This document shows, piece after piece, positions 63,502-64,000 of a stretch of 64,000 nucleotides of DNA. Within the stretch, counting starts at the first letter, position 1. Every line of letters starts with the position of its first letter. The stretch lies in assembly GCF_001194135.2 (NCBI RefSeq), contig NC_068981.1, positions 88,552,174 through 88,616,173 of the forward strand. The letters run 5' to 3'. A program made the position numbers and the translations under genes. Source of the stretch: Octopus bimaculoides (lineage: Eukaryota). A model generated the notes under the pieces. That model worked only from the letters and a program-made list of their open reading frames with translations, ran no database searches and had not been told where the DNA came from.

Positions 63502-64000
63502 TGTATGTACGTATATATACAATTCATATAATTATCTTTCTTTAGAAGGTCCTGAATTAATACCTTTGTTTGGAAGACTCCTAGCTAAGCAATTTCTGTT
63601 GATTTTAACTTACACGTATGTTGAATCATGATAAAACTATTTAGAAAAGAAAATACACCATGTATTTACAAACGGAATTTTGCATGTTTAAGAAAAACGC
63701 AATTCAAGCGAACATAAAGCTTATTATATTATTGTACTATAGCTATATTTGAAAGTCATAAGGTTTACGGTCTCGCTTTCTTATAAAACCACTAATGTAG
63801 TTGTGAAATAATATGAATAACATCATTTTCCTCCCATTCAGAGAGTGTGCTTTGTTATTACTGTTACATTTATGTCCCTGTTTTATTAAAAAAAAAATTT
63901 GTATTTTATTTGTGTAGCATCTTTGCGACATCTATAGTTTCATTTTCATATGCTATTATGTTATGCGCATATGAGAAAAAATAAATAAATAAATAAAGGA

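Overview
AT-rich eukaryotic genomic DNA, dense in microsatellites, with many N gaps flanked by (TA)n, (TG)n or (AG)n. The repeat content (several tRNA-headed SINE families, TTAGGG motifs, very high microsatellite load) suggests a cephalopod, probably an Octopus short-read scaffold; that is inference. I found no rRNA, genuine tRNA, CRISPR array or prokaryotic operon. Most ORFs in the supplied track are artefacts of microsatellites or gaps. Supported content: (1) Tc1/mariner relics, namely a near-full-length irritans-type mariner, two DD37D/maT copies, a truncated mariner and a mariner mini-element; (2) pogo/Tigger-like, hAT-like and Merlin-like MITEs; (3) at least five SINE-like families, several with clean TSDs and nested insertions; (4) R4/Dong-like and RTE-like LINE 3' fragments; (5) Penelope-like pLTR remnants with minimal hammerhead folds and non-canonical cores; (6) two stop-free segments in unique DNA (~19.86-20.2 kb and ~22.5-22.86 kb) that look like exons of an F-box/LRR (FBXO39-like) gene. 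The most unusual items are the Merlin-like MITE with a perfect telomeric-repeat palindrome, the variant-core hammerheads including an inverted pair, and an unidentified ORF-bearing retroelement whose 3' tail matches a SINE tail. Protein family calls come from motif recognition and remembered sequences, not database searches, and should be checked by BLAST/HMM.
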